Source: Candidatus Peregrinibacteria bacterium CG10_big_fil_rev_8_21_14_0_10_49_10
GTDB taxonomy: Bacteria > Patescibacteriota > Gracilibacteria > Peribacterales > Peribacteraceae
Assembly: GCA_002772545.1 (NCBI GenBank)
Contig: PFDR01000023.1
Location: forward strand, 654-64,653
Length of the DNA stretch: 64,000 nucleotides
Direction: 5' to 3'
Numbering within the stretch: position 1 is the first letter of the stretch; every line of letters begins with the position of its first letter. The position numbers were made by a program, and so were the translations under genes. The notes under the pieces are model-generated. The model was not told where the DNA came from and searched no databases. It was given only the letters and a program-made list of their open reading frames with translations. Of this stretch, positions 37,040-46,219 are shown in pieces.

Positions 37040-37099
37040 ACATCCACTACAGAAGGAAAAAGACCTTCTATGAAGTCAGGTATACACCAACGTCTTCCT

Positions 37100-37687
37100 T
37101 TAGAAATGGAACGGAATCAACTGACTCTGCAGCACAAAAAACAATGTCTTGGTATCCATTCCCAGAATAAGCGGTGCAGCCGCAATGAGAATAAGAGAGA
37201 ACTCTATGGCAAAAAAGCAGAAATGATCCAGGTTACTCCATCCCTGGCAGAAACGCGGATGCACCTGGTCAATGTAATGCCGAAGATGAGAAATAACCTT
37301 CAGGAAATTATGCAGAACTTTTACTTTCGGCAGAACCATCGCAGCCGCACTTACGAGTGACACTTCAGCTCGCAGAAGACCGCTCATACCTGCCAGCCCA
37401 ATGGTATGATGGATGTACACAGCAAAGAGCAGTCCAACGGATAGAAGTGTTACATCCACAAGGCTTTCGCGTACCATTCCTTCCAGAGTACGCTTCATGC
37501 TGAATTTGTGATATTCCCTGTATTTCACAAAATCAAGTGTCATGTGAGCTGCAATGAGCAGGCCGAATGCACCCAGATTGAGCAGAGCCGCAACAAGGAG
37601 CGTAAGCACCAAATACCCCGCATGAAATGCGGGAAGATCATCGTGTACATGTGCAAAGCGTCGAACTGCTGTGAGTGTTTGTGTCAT
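37100..37687 (-). CDS. hypothetical polytopic membrane protein
   Basis: 195 aa with 5-6 hydrophobic helices. TGtTATAAT lies 13 nt upstream. Confidence 0.5.
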   Translation of the reverse strand: MTQTLTAVRRFAHVHDDLPAFHAGYLVLTLLVAALLNLGAFGLLIAAHMTLDFVKYREYHKFSMKRTLEGMVRESLVDVTLLSVGLLFAVYIHHTIGLAGMSGLLRAEVSLVSAAAMVLPKVKVLHNFLKVISHLRHYIDQVHPRFCQGWSNLDHFCFFAIEFSLILIAAAPLILGMDTKTLFFVLQSQLIPFHF

Positions 37688-37813
37688 GTTTGTGATGAAT
37701 ATTATACAATATTTTATTATCTTTTACAAGATCTACTCTATACATTTGGTCTTCTGGAAGCCATTTGCACTTCATGAAAAAACATATTGATTTTAGGAGC
37801 AGGAGTGGAGACA

Positions 37814-37978
37814 ATGCTGGCCTTTCTATTTCTTTCTCCTCTCTGTATGGAAGAATGCGAAACATGCGGACAGAACTTCTGCGACGTCTGTGGTGGCTGC
37901 GAATGCGAAGGCAACGAATGTAGTTGTAGCGCAGACGCCGGTGATGACGACGAGATGGTTCTGGACGAAGAGTTATAA
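37814..37978 (+). CDS. small cysteine-rich acidic protein
   Basis: MLAFLFLSPLCMEECETCGQNFCDVCGGCECEGNECSCSADAGDDDEMVLDEEL. AGGAG lies 8 nt before ATG 37814; an alternative start is 37847. Nine Cys in 54 aa. Followed by hairpin CTACACGTGACT/AGTCATGTGTAG. Confidence 0.45.
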   Translation: MLAFLFLSPLCMEECETCGQNFCDVCGGCECEGNECSCSADAGDDDEMVLDEEL

Positions 37979-38133
37979 AAACACCTCTACACGTGACTCT
38001 GTACAGTCATGTGTAGTAGGAAGTACAGTGAATCAGCAAGCGGGCAGCGAGCAACACATTCTGTCGCTGGCCGTTTGCCGATGGAACAGAGCGGTTTGTG
38101 GCATGGAAAGTGAAAATCTGGTACAATGAACAC

Positions 38134-38526
38134 ATGTCTGATGATTCCTTTGTACAGAAAATACAGAAGCAAGAGCAACTCACTCAGGAGCAGGAGCAGA
38201 GTGCAAATAAGGCTGTGGAAGGAAAAATGGAAGAAGAACACAAGAACTTTCTCACCGTGCTCTTTGGTTTAATCGACAAAGGAGAAATCAGCGTGGATGA
38301 TCCGCAGACCATGCTCAAGCAGGACGTGTACCAGAAACTGGATGAGGAGTGGGTAGGAAAAGTAGATCTGGCACTGCTCAACATCGTAAATCAGGTGCGC
38401 CTTATAGAGAACTTTCGCAAAGACAAGAACACGCCCGACGAGTCTCCGCAGCTGCAAACCATGGTGGAACAGCTGTGGCAGATGAAGCAGCGCATAGAAG
38501 ATCACTACGATGTATTCGTTTTCTAA
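38134..38526 (+). CDS. hypothetical protein (130 aa)
   Basis: ATG lies 6 nt after TGgTACAAT (38119-38127). Q/E-rich N-terminus; no family recognised. Confidence 0.5.
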   Translation: MSDDSFVQKIQKQEQLTQEQEQSANKAVEGKMEEEHKNFLTVLFGLIDKGEISVDDPQTMLKQDVYQKLDEEWVGKVDLALLNIVNQVRLIENFRKDKNTPDESPQLQTMVEQLWQMKQRIEDHYDVFVF

Positions 38527-38544
38527 CCGTTTCCAAACATACAC

Positions 38545-38892
38545 ATGGACAACATCGAAGTCCCATCAGAGCAACCATCCGACGTTATTGCTGAGCGACT
38601 GCGGGTAGCAGACAGTACGACAGATACACTTCGGCAGGCAGGACAGGAAGTGAATCGTCCGGGAGCCTTGCGCAGATATGCAGAACTCACAGGTACGGAT
38701 CCTCAGGAGCACATAGAAACGATGAAAAGGGAAATGGCAGCCCAGCGACAAGCCGCTGAAAACAATAAGCCATTTATGGGAAACTACACACGACGCATGT
38801 GGGCAGAAGCGGAAAAGAAGGAGGTAGATCCTCTGGAGTACATTGCACTACGGACACTTCTGGACGTTAACCCTGAACGTCTTTCTGCGTAA
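38545..38892 (+). CDS. hypothetical protein (115 aa)
   Basis: ORF 18 nt downstream of the previous gene. Its 3' end overlaps convergent miaA by 26 nt. Confidence 0.45.
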   Translation: MDNIEVPSEQPSDVIAERLRVADSTTDTLRQAGQEVNRPGALRRYAELTGTDPQEHIETMKREMAAQRQAAENNKPFMGNYTRRMWAEAEKKEVDPLEYIALRTLLDVNPERLSA

Positions 38893-39823
38893 GCCACCGG
38901 ATACGCGCGTCCCCTTTCCACCACGTCATCTGCCTGCGGGCATACTGGCGGGTTTTGGCAGCAATAAGTTCCTGTAGGGTATCCGGATCGTCCTGTGCCC
39001 CCTCCATGTAGGCAATAATTTCGCGATAGCCGTGGCTCTTCAGCCCGGGATCTTCTGCTCTGTAGCCCTGCTTGAGCAAAGTTTCCACCTCCTCTATCCA
39101 GCCCTCTGCAAACATTCTGCGTGTGCGTTCATTGATCCTCCTGCAGAGCTCTTGCCTTTCCCACTGCATTCCAAAAATAAGTAGATCGTATGGAGAAGAT
39201 GCATGTGCAGAAGACCGGAGTTCCGTTTGAGGAACCGCACTGGACTTGGGCTCTTCCAGCATTTCGTACACTTCCATGGCACGCACGACGTACGGCATGT
39301 TGTTTGGATGTATACCCTCTGCGGTCTCGGGATCTACCTGCTGCAAACGGGCATAGAGCGTCTTGCCGGCATCCTGTTCGTACTCACGGATGAGCTGTGC
39401 ACGCAGAGCCGGCTCGGGAACCGGAGCCATGGTCAGACCATCCACCACACTACTGACGTAGAGCATGGAACCTCCCACCAGTAGAGGAACAGAGTTTTTT
39501 GAGTGAATGGACTGGATGGCACTACGCGCTTCTTTTTGATACCACCCGGCAGAAACGTCTTCTTTCGGGTCCAGAACGTTTAGTAAATGGTGGGGTACAT
39601 CCTGCATGTCTTCCGTACGAATTTTTGCTGTTCCAATATCCAGGTATGTGTAGAGTTGTCGCGAATCTGCATTGAGTATTTCTGCCGGTCGCCCCGTGGA
39701 GGCAATGAAATGCGCAAGCCTGATGGAAAAAGCAGTTTTACCGCTCGCGGTGGGTCCGAGTACCACGATGAGCGGTTGCTCTGCGCTGGCAAGGAGGCCG
39801 GTAGTCTGTTGTTTCCAGTCCAT
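38867..39823 (-). CDS. miaA: tRNA dimethylallyltransferase
   Basis: GPTASGKT P-loop and [16 protein letters not shown] motif. Start set at the MDWKQQ Met (39823). Confidence 0.9.
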   Translation of the reverse strand: MDWKQQTTGLLASAEQPLIVVLGPTASGKTAFSIRLAHFIASTGRPAEILNADSRQLYTYLDIGTAKIRTEDMQDVPHHLLNVLDPKEDVSAGWYQKEARSAIQSIHSKNSVPLLVGGSMLYVSSVVDGLTMAPVPEPALRAQLIREYEQDAGKTLYARLQQVDPETAEGIHPNNMPYVVRAMEVYEMLEEPKSSAVPQTELRSSAHASSPYDLLIFGMQWERQELCRRINERTRRMFAEGWIEEVETLLKQGYRAEDPGLKSHGYREIIAYMEGAQDDPDTLQELIAAKTRQYARRQMTWWKGDARIRWLTQKDVQG

Positions 39824-40019
39824 AGGGAAGAGTATGTCGTATGTGGTGTATCGTATAAAGAAAAGGCATACTACATACCACAGAGGATATACGACATACG
39901 TTGTGAAGGAATGTAAACTATGCATTACAGATACATCGCACAACATTCTCTTCTACACGCATACTGCCCCCGATGACCAAAAAAAGGTATTATACTGTGA
40001 ACAACATTCCCCCATTCCC

Positions 40020-40676
40020 ATGCACCCAGCTATCCAATCGATTTCCAGAGAGATCTCAAACGGGCGTCTCACACCGCAGAACGTCCTGATTCCAACTGTG
40101 ATAGAAAAAACGCAGTTTGGCGAACGTGTATACGACATTTACTCCCGTCTCCTGGAAGAACGCATTATTTTTCTGGGTACACCTATCAACGACGATATTG
40201 CCAACTCGATCATTGCGCAGCTGCTCTTTTTAGAAAAAGAGAATGCCAAAAAGGATATTACCCTCTACGTCAACTCTCCCGGAGGACAGGTCACATCCAC
40301 CCTCGCCATGTACGACACCATGCAGTACGTCCAACCGGATATTTCCACCATTTGTCTGGGTATGGCTGCCAGCGGCGGAGCCATTATTTTAATGGGTGGC
40401 CAAAAGGGGAAGCGTTTTGCATTGGAGCACTCCGAAATTATGATTCACCAACCACTGGGTGGTACGGAAGGTCAGGCGACCGATATCGCCATTCACGCAG
40501 ATCACATCATTCAGACAAAAGACCTCTTAAACGAGCTCATTGCAAAACATTCCGGTCAGAAGCTTGAGAAAGTAAAAGTAGATACGGAGCGCGATAAGTT
40601 CATGAAGGCCGAAGATGCACTGAGTTACGGTCTCATCGATAGAATTGTTTCTAAGCACGAAGTAAGCAAAAAGTAA
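40020..40676 (+). CDS. clpP: ATP-dependent Clp protease proteolytic subunit
   Basis: 218 aa from the MHPAIQS Met. ERIIFLG..I.D..A, GMAASGG (catalytic Ser) and MIHQPLGG (His). Confidence 0.95.
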   Translation: MHPAIQSISREISNGRLTPQNVLIPTVIEKTQFGERVYDIYSRLLEERIIFLGTPINDDIANSIIAQLLFLEKENAKKDITLYVNSPGGQVTSTLAMYDTMQYVQPDISTICLGMAASGGAIILMGGQKGKRFALEHSEIMIHQPLGGTEGQATDIAIHADHIIQTKDLLNELIAKHSGQKLEKVKVDTERDKFMKAEDALSYGLIDRIVSKHEVSKK

Positions 40677-40698
40677 CCAGAGAACAGATAACTGAAAG

Positions 40699-40725
40699 TC
40701 GCATCCATACGGATGCGGCTTTTTT
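40699..40725 (+). terminator. rho-independent terminator of clpP
   Basis: CGCATCC-ATAC-GGATGCG stem-loop followed by TTTTTT. Confidence 0.8.
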
Positions 40726-40746
40726 ATCGTCTGAGATCCAATGCGA

Positions 40747-41157
40747 TTATTCTTCAGAGCAACAACAACTTGTTTTTACCACCAGAACAAGCACGATGAT
40801 CCAGATAAAGGCATTGATGACCGCAGGCATCACATTGGGCAACGGAACACCGCCCACCACAGGCTTTAAGAGCATTCCGATGGGAATAGAGCCCAGTGCC
40901 ACACCCGAAGCCCACACAGCCACCTCGGTATACATACCGATGGTGAGAAGGGCGCCACCCACTATCATGAGTGCGGGGAGAATATAGGCCCACAGGGCAC
41001 CAAGGGGTTCCAGCGCTCCCAAACCGTCCATGGTCATGCCTTTAAACGCACCCATAGTCATGTAATGCGTAAGACCAACGAACAGAAGAGAGAGACCAAA
41101 CGAAATACGCAGAAGAAGAGCAACAATGCCCTTAGGATTTGTAGGACAACCAGACAT
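40747..41157 (-). CDS. DoxX-like small membrane protein
   Basis: About 136 aa with 4 hydrophobic helices. LLLRISFGLSLLFVGLTHY resembles the DoxX N-terminus. CCC near the C-terminus. Start uncertain. Confidence 0.42.
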   Translation of the reverse strand: MSGCPTNPKGIVALLLRISFGLSLLFVGLTHYMTMGAFKGMTMDGLGALEPLGALWAYILPALMIVGGALLTIGMYTEVAVWASGVALGSIPIGMLLKPVVGGVPLPNVMPAVINAFIWIIVLVLVVKTSCCCSEE

Positions 41158-41270
41158 AGAATGGAGGGGAAGGTTACTGAAAAGCGTACAGTAATTCATT
41201 TTGGGCAATATCTGCAAAATGCACAAGATAGCGGAATTGTAAGAAGGCATTCTGTCCAATCCAAAACTAC

Positions 41271-42353
41271 ATGTATCCTACACTCATGTTTACTCTCCAG
41301 AGCACCTCATCCATCGGCAGACGTGGAAACATACGCACCGCACACGGAGAGATTCAAACTCCCTTCTTTATGCCTGTAGGAACAGCAGGAGCTATGCGCG
41401 GTATGACCCATGAGCAACTGGGAGAACTCGGTGCACAGATTCTTCTGTGTAACACCTACCACCTCCATCTGCAGCCAGGTGAGGAAACTATTGCTCCTGC
41501 CGGAGGACTGCACCAGTTCATTCATTGGAAAAAACCCATTCTTACTGACTCCGGAGGCTACCAGGTGTTTTCCATGCGGCACACAAGCAAGATAGAAGAT
41601 ACAGGCGTGCACTTCCGCTCACACAGAGACGGTACTCCCCTCTTTTTAGGGCCGGAAAGTGCCATGCGCATTCAGCATGCGCTCGGCGCAGACATCATCA
41701 TGTGTTTTGACGAGTGCCCACCTTCCACCGCCCCAAGGCAGGACATAGAACAGGCTGTAGACCGCACGCTCCTGTGGGCGAAACAGTGCAAAGAGTGGCA
41801 CAAGGAACTCTGCAAGAAATCAGCACATGTTCCGCTCCTGTTTGGCATAGTGCAGGGCGGACTGGAGCGCGACCTGCGGGAAAAGTGTGCAGAGGAACTC
41901 ATGGCTATGGATTTTGACGGGTATGCCATAGGCGGCCTTGCCGTAGGAGAAGGACAGGAAGAAATGTACGGCGTTCTGGACGCCGTATGCCCGCTCCTTC
42001 CTGCAGAAAAACCACGATACCTTATGGGTGTGGGGACCATACCGCAACTCCAAAACTGCGTAGCCAAAGGAGTGGACATGTTCGACTGCGTACTTCCCAT
42101 GCGCCTGGCACGGCATGGGCACCTCTTCCTCTCGGATGGCTCAGACATACGCCTGTCCCACAGTAAATGGAAAAATGCGCATGAGGCGATAGATGCGCAC
42201 TCCCCTTCTCTCCTCAGTCGCACACACTACAAAAGTTACCTGCATCATCTCTTTAAAGTCCATGAACGCCTGGCAGAGACCATAGCGTGTATGCAGAATC
42301 TGGGAATGACGCTAAAAACCATGCAGGATTTGAGAGAACAGATGAATGATTGA
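41271..42353 (+). CDS. tgt: queuine tRNA-ribosyltransferase
   Basis: GEIQTPFFMPVGTAG, LLCNTYHL and DSGGYQV motifs. 360 aa. Confidence 0.95.
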   Translation: MYPTLMFTLQSTSSIGRRGNIRTAHGEIQTPFFMPVGTAGAMRGMTHEQLGELGAQILLCNTYHLHLQPGEETIAPAGGLHQFIHWKKPILTDSGGYQVFSMRHTSKIEDTGVHFRSHRDGTPLFLGPESAMRIQHALGADIIMCFDECPPSTAPRQDIEQAVDRTLLWAKQCKEWHKELCKKSAHVPLLFGIVQGGLERDLREKCAEELMAMDFDGYAIGGLAVGEGQEEMYGVLDAVCPLLPAEKPRYLMGVGTIPQLQNCVAKGVDMFDCVLPMRLARHGHLFLSDGSDIRLSHSKWKNAHEAIDAHSPSLLSRTHYKSYLHHLFKVHERLAETIACMQNLGMTLKTMQDLREQMND

Positions 42354-42366
42354 TCATCTGTTTCTG

Positions 42367-42438
42367 GTTACTGGTTTCTTGTTACTCGATTTCTGCGCAT
42401 GAACAGAAACAAGTAACTTGTAACAAGAAACCAGTAAC
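42367..42438. repeat. 19-bp perfect hairpin built from GGTTACT/GGTTTCT heptamers between convergent tgt and rplU
   Basis: GTTACTGGTTTCTTGTTAC (42367-42385) pairs with GTAACAAGAAACCAGTAAC (42420-42438). Confidence 0.85.
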
Positions 42439-42449
42439 AATCTGGAAAT

Positions 42450-42836
42450 CTATTTCTTTTCCTCCTTCTTTGCTGCCTCCTTCTTTGCAACAGGATCTTT
42501 TTTAGCAGCAGCTATTCCACCGGAAGTCTTTATTTTGACTACCTCTATCTCCGTGTGCCCCTGCTTGTGACCATGTGTGCGGCGGTAGCGCTTGCGGCGA
42601 CGCATTTTGTAGACACGAATTTTATCGTCACGACCGTGGCTGAGCACCTTTACTTCCACGGCGGCACCCGCCACGTAGGGCATACCCACGGTGACGTCGG
42701 TGTCGCTCTTTGCAAGCAGCAGAACTTTTTCGAAAGTGACAGACTTCCCTTCCTCTGTATCGAGTGTAGGAACGAGGAGCGTGTCTCCTATGGAAACTTT
42801 CTCCTGAAAGCCGGCAATATCGACAACCGCGAACAT
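42450..42836 (-). CDS. rplU: 50S ribosomal protein L21 with Lys/Ala-rich C-terminal tail
   Basis: MFAVVDIAGFQEKV... matches the L21 pattern. Start set at this Met. rpmA is not adjacent. Confidence 0.88.
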   Translation of the reverse strand: MFAVVDIAGFQEKVSIGDTLLVPTLDTEEGKSVTFEKVLLLAKSDTDVTVGMPYVAGAAVEVKVLSHGRDDKIRVYKMRRRKRYRRTHGHKQGHTEIEVVKIKTSGGIAAAKKDPVAKKEAAKKEEKK

Positions 42837-43074
42837 AGTACTGAAGGGGAATGCCCAATAAAGGCACGCGAAGTCTACGGAAAAGCGCCAGGGGCAGCAA
42901 GAAGAATACTCAGCTATTTGTTTTCCCAATCATCTCTTTGACAACGCAAACAAGACGGCATTCAATACGCCGTCGTTCCTTGTACACCACCCATACCCGA
43001 AGGAGGGATGCAGACTCGCGCAGCCGGCAACCCCCCCTTGGTTTAACAATCACGCATAACAAAGGAGGTTAGCC

Positions 43075-43392
43075 ATGCTGTTCAAAAACAATGTATTGGG
43101 AATACGGTTGAACTCCGCAAAAGCTAAACTTATTTTCCACTTGCTCAAAATGGGAATCATAAAAAGAATGCGTTTGCTTCTGGGCGAATATCAACCGGGA
43201 TCAACACAAAAGACTCTCATTTTTGTTTTACCATATCCACTTATCGATTGCTTCCGTGAGGCAGGCATAGAGATAGAAATATCTCGTGTCTGCTGGCAGG
43301 GAGATGCATTGAAGGGGCGTGGAAATAGTGCCATCTTACTGACCAAAGAAGAAATGGATGAACTACTCGGTATGGATGCTTCAGTTTCATGA
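43075..43392 (+). CDS. hypothetical protein (105 aa) with strong Shine-Dalgarno
   Basis: AAAGGAGG lies 6 nt before the ATG, and the gene has its own terminator. No family recognised. Confidence 0.5.
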   Translation: MLFKNNVLGIRLNSAKAKLIFHLLKMGIIKRMRLLLGEYQPGSTQKTLIFVLPYPLIDCFREAGIEIEISRVCWQGDALKGRGNSAILLTKEEMDELLGMDASVS

Positions 43393-43404
43393 ATCAGGGG
43401 GACG

Positions 43405-43439
43405 CCCGGTACTTTCGAAAGATCGTACCGGGCAATTTT
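43405..43439 (+). terminator. rho-independent terminator
   Basis: CCCGGTAC/GTACCGGG stem followed by CAATTTT. Confidence 0.7.
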
Positions 43440-43467
43440 GGTGTGCCCTGGAAATGGGTGCAGTCAT

Positions 43468-43498
43468 CTTAAAAAAGAGGGGAAGGACTCCCCTCTTT
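43468..43498 (-). terminator. rho-independent terminator of the minus-strand ECF operon
   Basis: AAAGAGGGG/CCCCTCTTT 9-bp stem with an A/T run on the minus-strand 3' side. Confidence 0.55.
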
Positions 43499-43518
43499 GC
43501 ATGCCGGAAGATCACATC

Positions 43519-44124
43519 TTATGATTCTTCTTTAGTTGTCACATTCACACTAAATGCTGCATCAATCATGGCGTTCAAACTCGTACGAATGGAAGATTCT
43601 GCCTTTTGCACACATGCTACAAATGCACTTTTATCAGTATCTTCTTCGTTGCATAGCTTCCTGGTAAATCTTCCCAAAAGATTGATTGCATTCCGTACGG
43701 AGGTTTCCACTTTTACGCGCATGCGATCGTACGTTTCACGCGTCAGTGTGCGACTTCGAACAGCACCTATTCTCCCAAAGGCATGACCTATGCCGCTGCC
43801 GCTGCCAGATCGCTCCATACCTGAGTCTAAAGAAGCAGCATGCTCTATACGAATGTTCGCTTGCTCAGAGCACTTTTTCGAACGCTCTTCATCTTGTATT
43901 TTTTCACAACGAGCCAGTAAGACTGCTGCAATGTCTGCACGACCTTCGGCATGAGCATTCACTACCAAAGGCGGACCGAAAAAGGGAGGAGGAGCAACAT
44001 TTGTCCTGCCACCGGCACCAAATTGCACTTGCCCCTGAGAACCAAAACCAAGAGCAAAGACCGGCGAAGCACTAAAGAACAGGAGCACTCCACTGAGTGC
44101 AGAAAGAATACGGGTAGTGTCCAT
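43519..44124 (-). CDS. secreted hypothetical protein (last gene of the ECF sigma operon)
   Basis: Signal peptide MDTTRILSALSGVLLFFSASPVFA. 201 aa. Confidence 0.5.
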   Translation of the reverse strand: MDTTRILSALSGVLLFFSASPVFALGFGSQGQVQFGAGGRTNVAPPPFFGPPLVVNAHAEGRADIAAVLLARCEKIQDEERSKKCSEQANIRIEHAASLDSGMERSGSGSGIGHAFGRIGAVRSRTLTRETYDRMRVKVETSVRNAINLLGRFTRKLCNEEDTDKSAFVACVQKAESSIRTSLNAMIDAAFSVNVTTKEES

Positions 44125-44186
44125 GGGAATGAAGGGGAGTAAATAAAAGTTCGGACACAAGAGAAGACGCTTGAATGGTCCAACTC

Positions 44187-45464
44187 TTACAGACTTTCCA
44201 CTGCCTCTTTTTGTATTTCTGTTTTTTGCGGCAATTGTACTGCGGGTTTCGTCTCCTGCTTTTTGGAACGCATGTGAGGGAACAGAAAGAATCGTCGTGG
44301 CACTGCAAAATCTGGCGACTTTTGTTCCGTGCTGCTGTTCGATAAAAATTCATCATAGGAACGCGCAGGAACATCTACGGGCTTCTTCGCTCCTGAGTTT
44401 TCCTGGGAAAATCTGTTGTCATCCGGTTTTAACTCCTGATTGGGTCGACTCTCAGCAGAATGAGAGGGCAACTTCGCCGGAACACGCAGGCGTTCGGGTT
44501 TGGTCAGATTCTCATTATCGCTACCCGGTAGAGAAGAAACAGAGTCTGTGGAAAAACTGTCATTCCTGCCGGCAGAAGAAACATTCTGTGATGTAGGCTT
44601 GCCGTATGAGCTGCGAGCAGAGGGGGGAAACATCAGCACATCCATATCATCGCTTTCCGGTTTTTTTGGCATCTCCTCAACATGTTCCCGGTGTTTCTGT
44701 AAGGATTCCATGACTGCGCGCACGGGAGGCTCCACAGGGTGTTTCTCAACTGAGGATTTCAAACGCGCTTCATACTTTACGAGTGTTGATTCCAGCTCAG
44801 TCTGCATAGCCGCACGACGTACACGCTCTTTCACATCCTGGGCAGATTGCCCTCCATTTTTTTCCGAAGGTGTCGGTAATTGTTGTATTTGCCCTTCTAC
44901 CAGAAAGACCTGGTGATCAATACGTTTTTGCACTTGTTCCCATAGGTGAGGATCCTTCTTCTGAAGAACAACCAAAGCCTGTGCTTCTTCCAGTCGTCGT
45001 TCTAACTGCTGTAGTTTCCACTCGTCGCTTTCGTCCTGCGTACGCTTGAACGCACCCCGTAGCGGCTCAACGACGTCAACTTTCAACGGATAAAGCAGAT
45101 CGCCGGGCAATGCACCTTCCGCAGCATACGCAAGACTGCCACCCAGTGAGAACACAATGAGAAGAGATGCCATGCATGTTGCAAGAAAACGATGAGCCTG
45201 CAAGCGAAAGAAGAAATTTGAAAGAAGACCATGTTCCACCGGCAAAAGTGGATGCCTGCGCATGTGCACAATGAGTTGATGCAGACCCTCCGATTTTTCC
45301 GCGCTAGTCAGGCGGAGGTCTTTCCCCACTCTCTGCAGTTCCTGCGAGTGCGCTATCGTCTGCATGTTCTGGATTATGAGCTCGCAGACAGCATTGTGTT
45401 CTGCCACAGAGAGTTGCAGAGCTTTTGCATCGGCCAGAAATTGTGAGACGCGTTTATCCATCAT
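44187..45464 (-). CDS. putative anti-sigma factor / membrane regulator
   Basis: The start (45464 or 45461) overlaps the sigma gene stop by 8-11 nt. It has a short cytoplasmic N-terminus, one TM (LATCMASLLIVFSLGGSLAYA) and an extracytoplasmic coiled-coil and low-complexity region. Confidence 0.5.
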   Translation of the reverse strand: MMDKRVSQFLADAKALQLSVAEHNAVCELIIQNMQTIAHSQELQRVGKDLRLTSAEKSEGLHQLIVHMRRHPLLPVEHGLLSNFFFRLQAHRFLATCMASLLIVFSLGGSLAYAAEGALPGDLLYPLKVDVVEPLRGAFKRTQDESDEWKLQQLERRLEEAQALVVLQKKDPHLWEQVQKRIDHQVFLVEGQIQQLPTPSEKNGGQSAQDVKERVRRAAMQTELESTLVKYEARLKSSVEKHPVEPPVRAVMESLQKHREHVEEMPKKPESDDMDVLMFPPSARSSYGKPTSQNVSSAGRNDSFSTDSVSSLPGSDNENLTKPERLRVPAKLPSHSAESRPNQELKPDDNRFSQENSGAKKPVDVPARSYDEFLSNSSTEQKSPDFAVPRRFFLFPHMRSKKQETKPAVQLPQKTEIQKEAVESL

Positions 45465-46008
45465 GCTTCCGGAGGAGAGAGGTAAGTTGCTCCAGGCCAC
45501 GATGCACGTGAACGGACGCAACATTCGAAGATACATGAAGCAGTTCTGCTATTTCCCTTGGTGGCAATCCATCAACGTAACGCATGATGACTGCCGTTCG
45601 GTACGGTTCCTCTATCTTTTGCACGGTCTCCAGCACCTCACGCTGTGCATAGCGATGCCCGGGACCCGGTTCCTCATCCGGAAGATCGAATCCTGCTTCT
45701 TCCTGCATAGCTTCTAAGGAATCTTCCGTGCGTCGTTTCTTCCGACGCGCATAATCGACAAGAAGGTTATTTGCCGTTTTGTAGAGGAACGCTTTAAGAT
45801 TGTCGACCTGCTTCCCTTTTACAAGATATTCCCATGTCTTCAGAAAGGCTTCCTGCATAACATCTTTTCCGGTTTCCCGATTCCCAATACGCAGAGCACA
45901 GTGGCGAAAGATCAAGTCAGCATACGTGTTGTACGCATCTATAAACTGCTGTTCCATAGCATGGGATGAAAGAGAGGCACGCTTCTGATGACGCTTAAAG
46001 ACGGACAT
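45454..46008 (-). CDS. ECF-type RNA polymerase sigma factor
   Basis: Region 2 (ADLIFRHCALRIGNRETGKDVMQEAFLKTWE) and region 4 HTH (LPPREIAELLHVSSNVASVHVHRGLEQL). The start may be 46008 or 45957. Confidence 0.85.
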   Translation of the reverse strand: MSVFKRHQKRASLSSHAMEQQFIDAYNTYADLIFRHCALRIGNRETGKDVMQEAFLKTWEYLVKGKQVDNLKAFLYKTANNLLVDYARRKKRRTEDSLEAMQEEAGFDLPDEEPGPGHRYAQREVLETVQKIEEPYRTAVIMRYVDGLPPREIAELLHVSSNVASVHVHRGLEQLTSLLRKHDG

Positions 46009-46219
46009 TCTTACAAAAAAAGAATTGTACAACAGTTTCAAACACCGGGGAAAGAATAGCTGTGTCATGCGCTATGAAATCAAGTAAGTGGATCTGTACT
46101 TGCTTTGTGTTCTCCCCTCTTCCATGCCACATGCTCAGAACACCCCATTAGCCGTAGTATTCGGGATGGAGGGCGACTATCCCCTTGACTATAGTAGATG
46201 GAAGAGCTAAGCTGTAGCC

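Noticed and set aside
37814-37978. Cys-rich peptide as a RiPP (lanthipeptide or sactipeptide) precursor
   Set aside because: No radical-SAM, LanM/LanB, YcaO, peptidase or ABC-exporter genes occur within the neighbouring 5 kb. A metal-binding small protein is the simpler reading.
39672-40019. 116-aa N-terminal extension of clpP in the ORF track
   Set aside because: The extension overlaps the miaA coding region on the opposite strand and has no ClpP similarity. ClpP homology begins just after the Met at 40020.
42837-43074. Ribosomal L21 leader or attenuator upstream of rplU
   Set aside because: A hairpin GACGGC...GCCGTC with a T-rich tail exists on the minus strand. The same segment also contains a plausible plus-strand promoter (TTGACA...) for the divergent orf105. 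I cannot match it to the known L21 leader from memory, so the evidence is insufficient.
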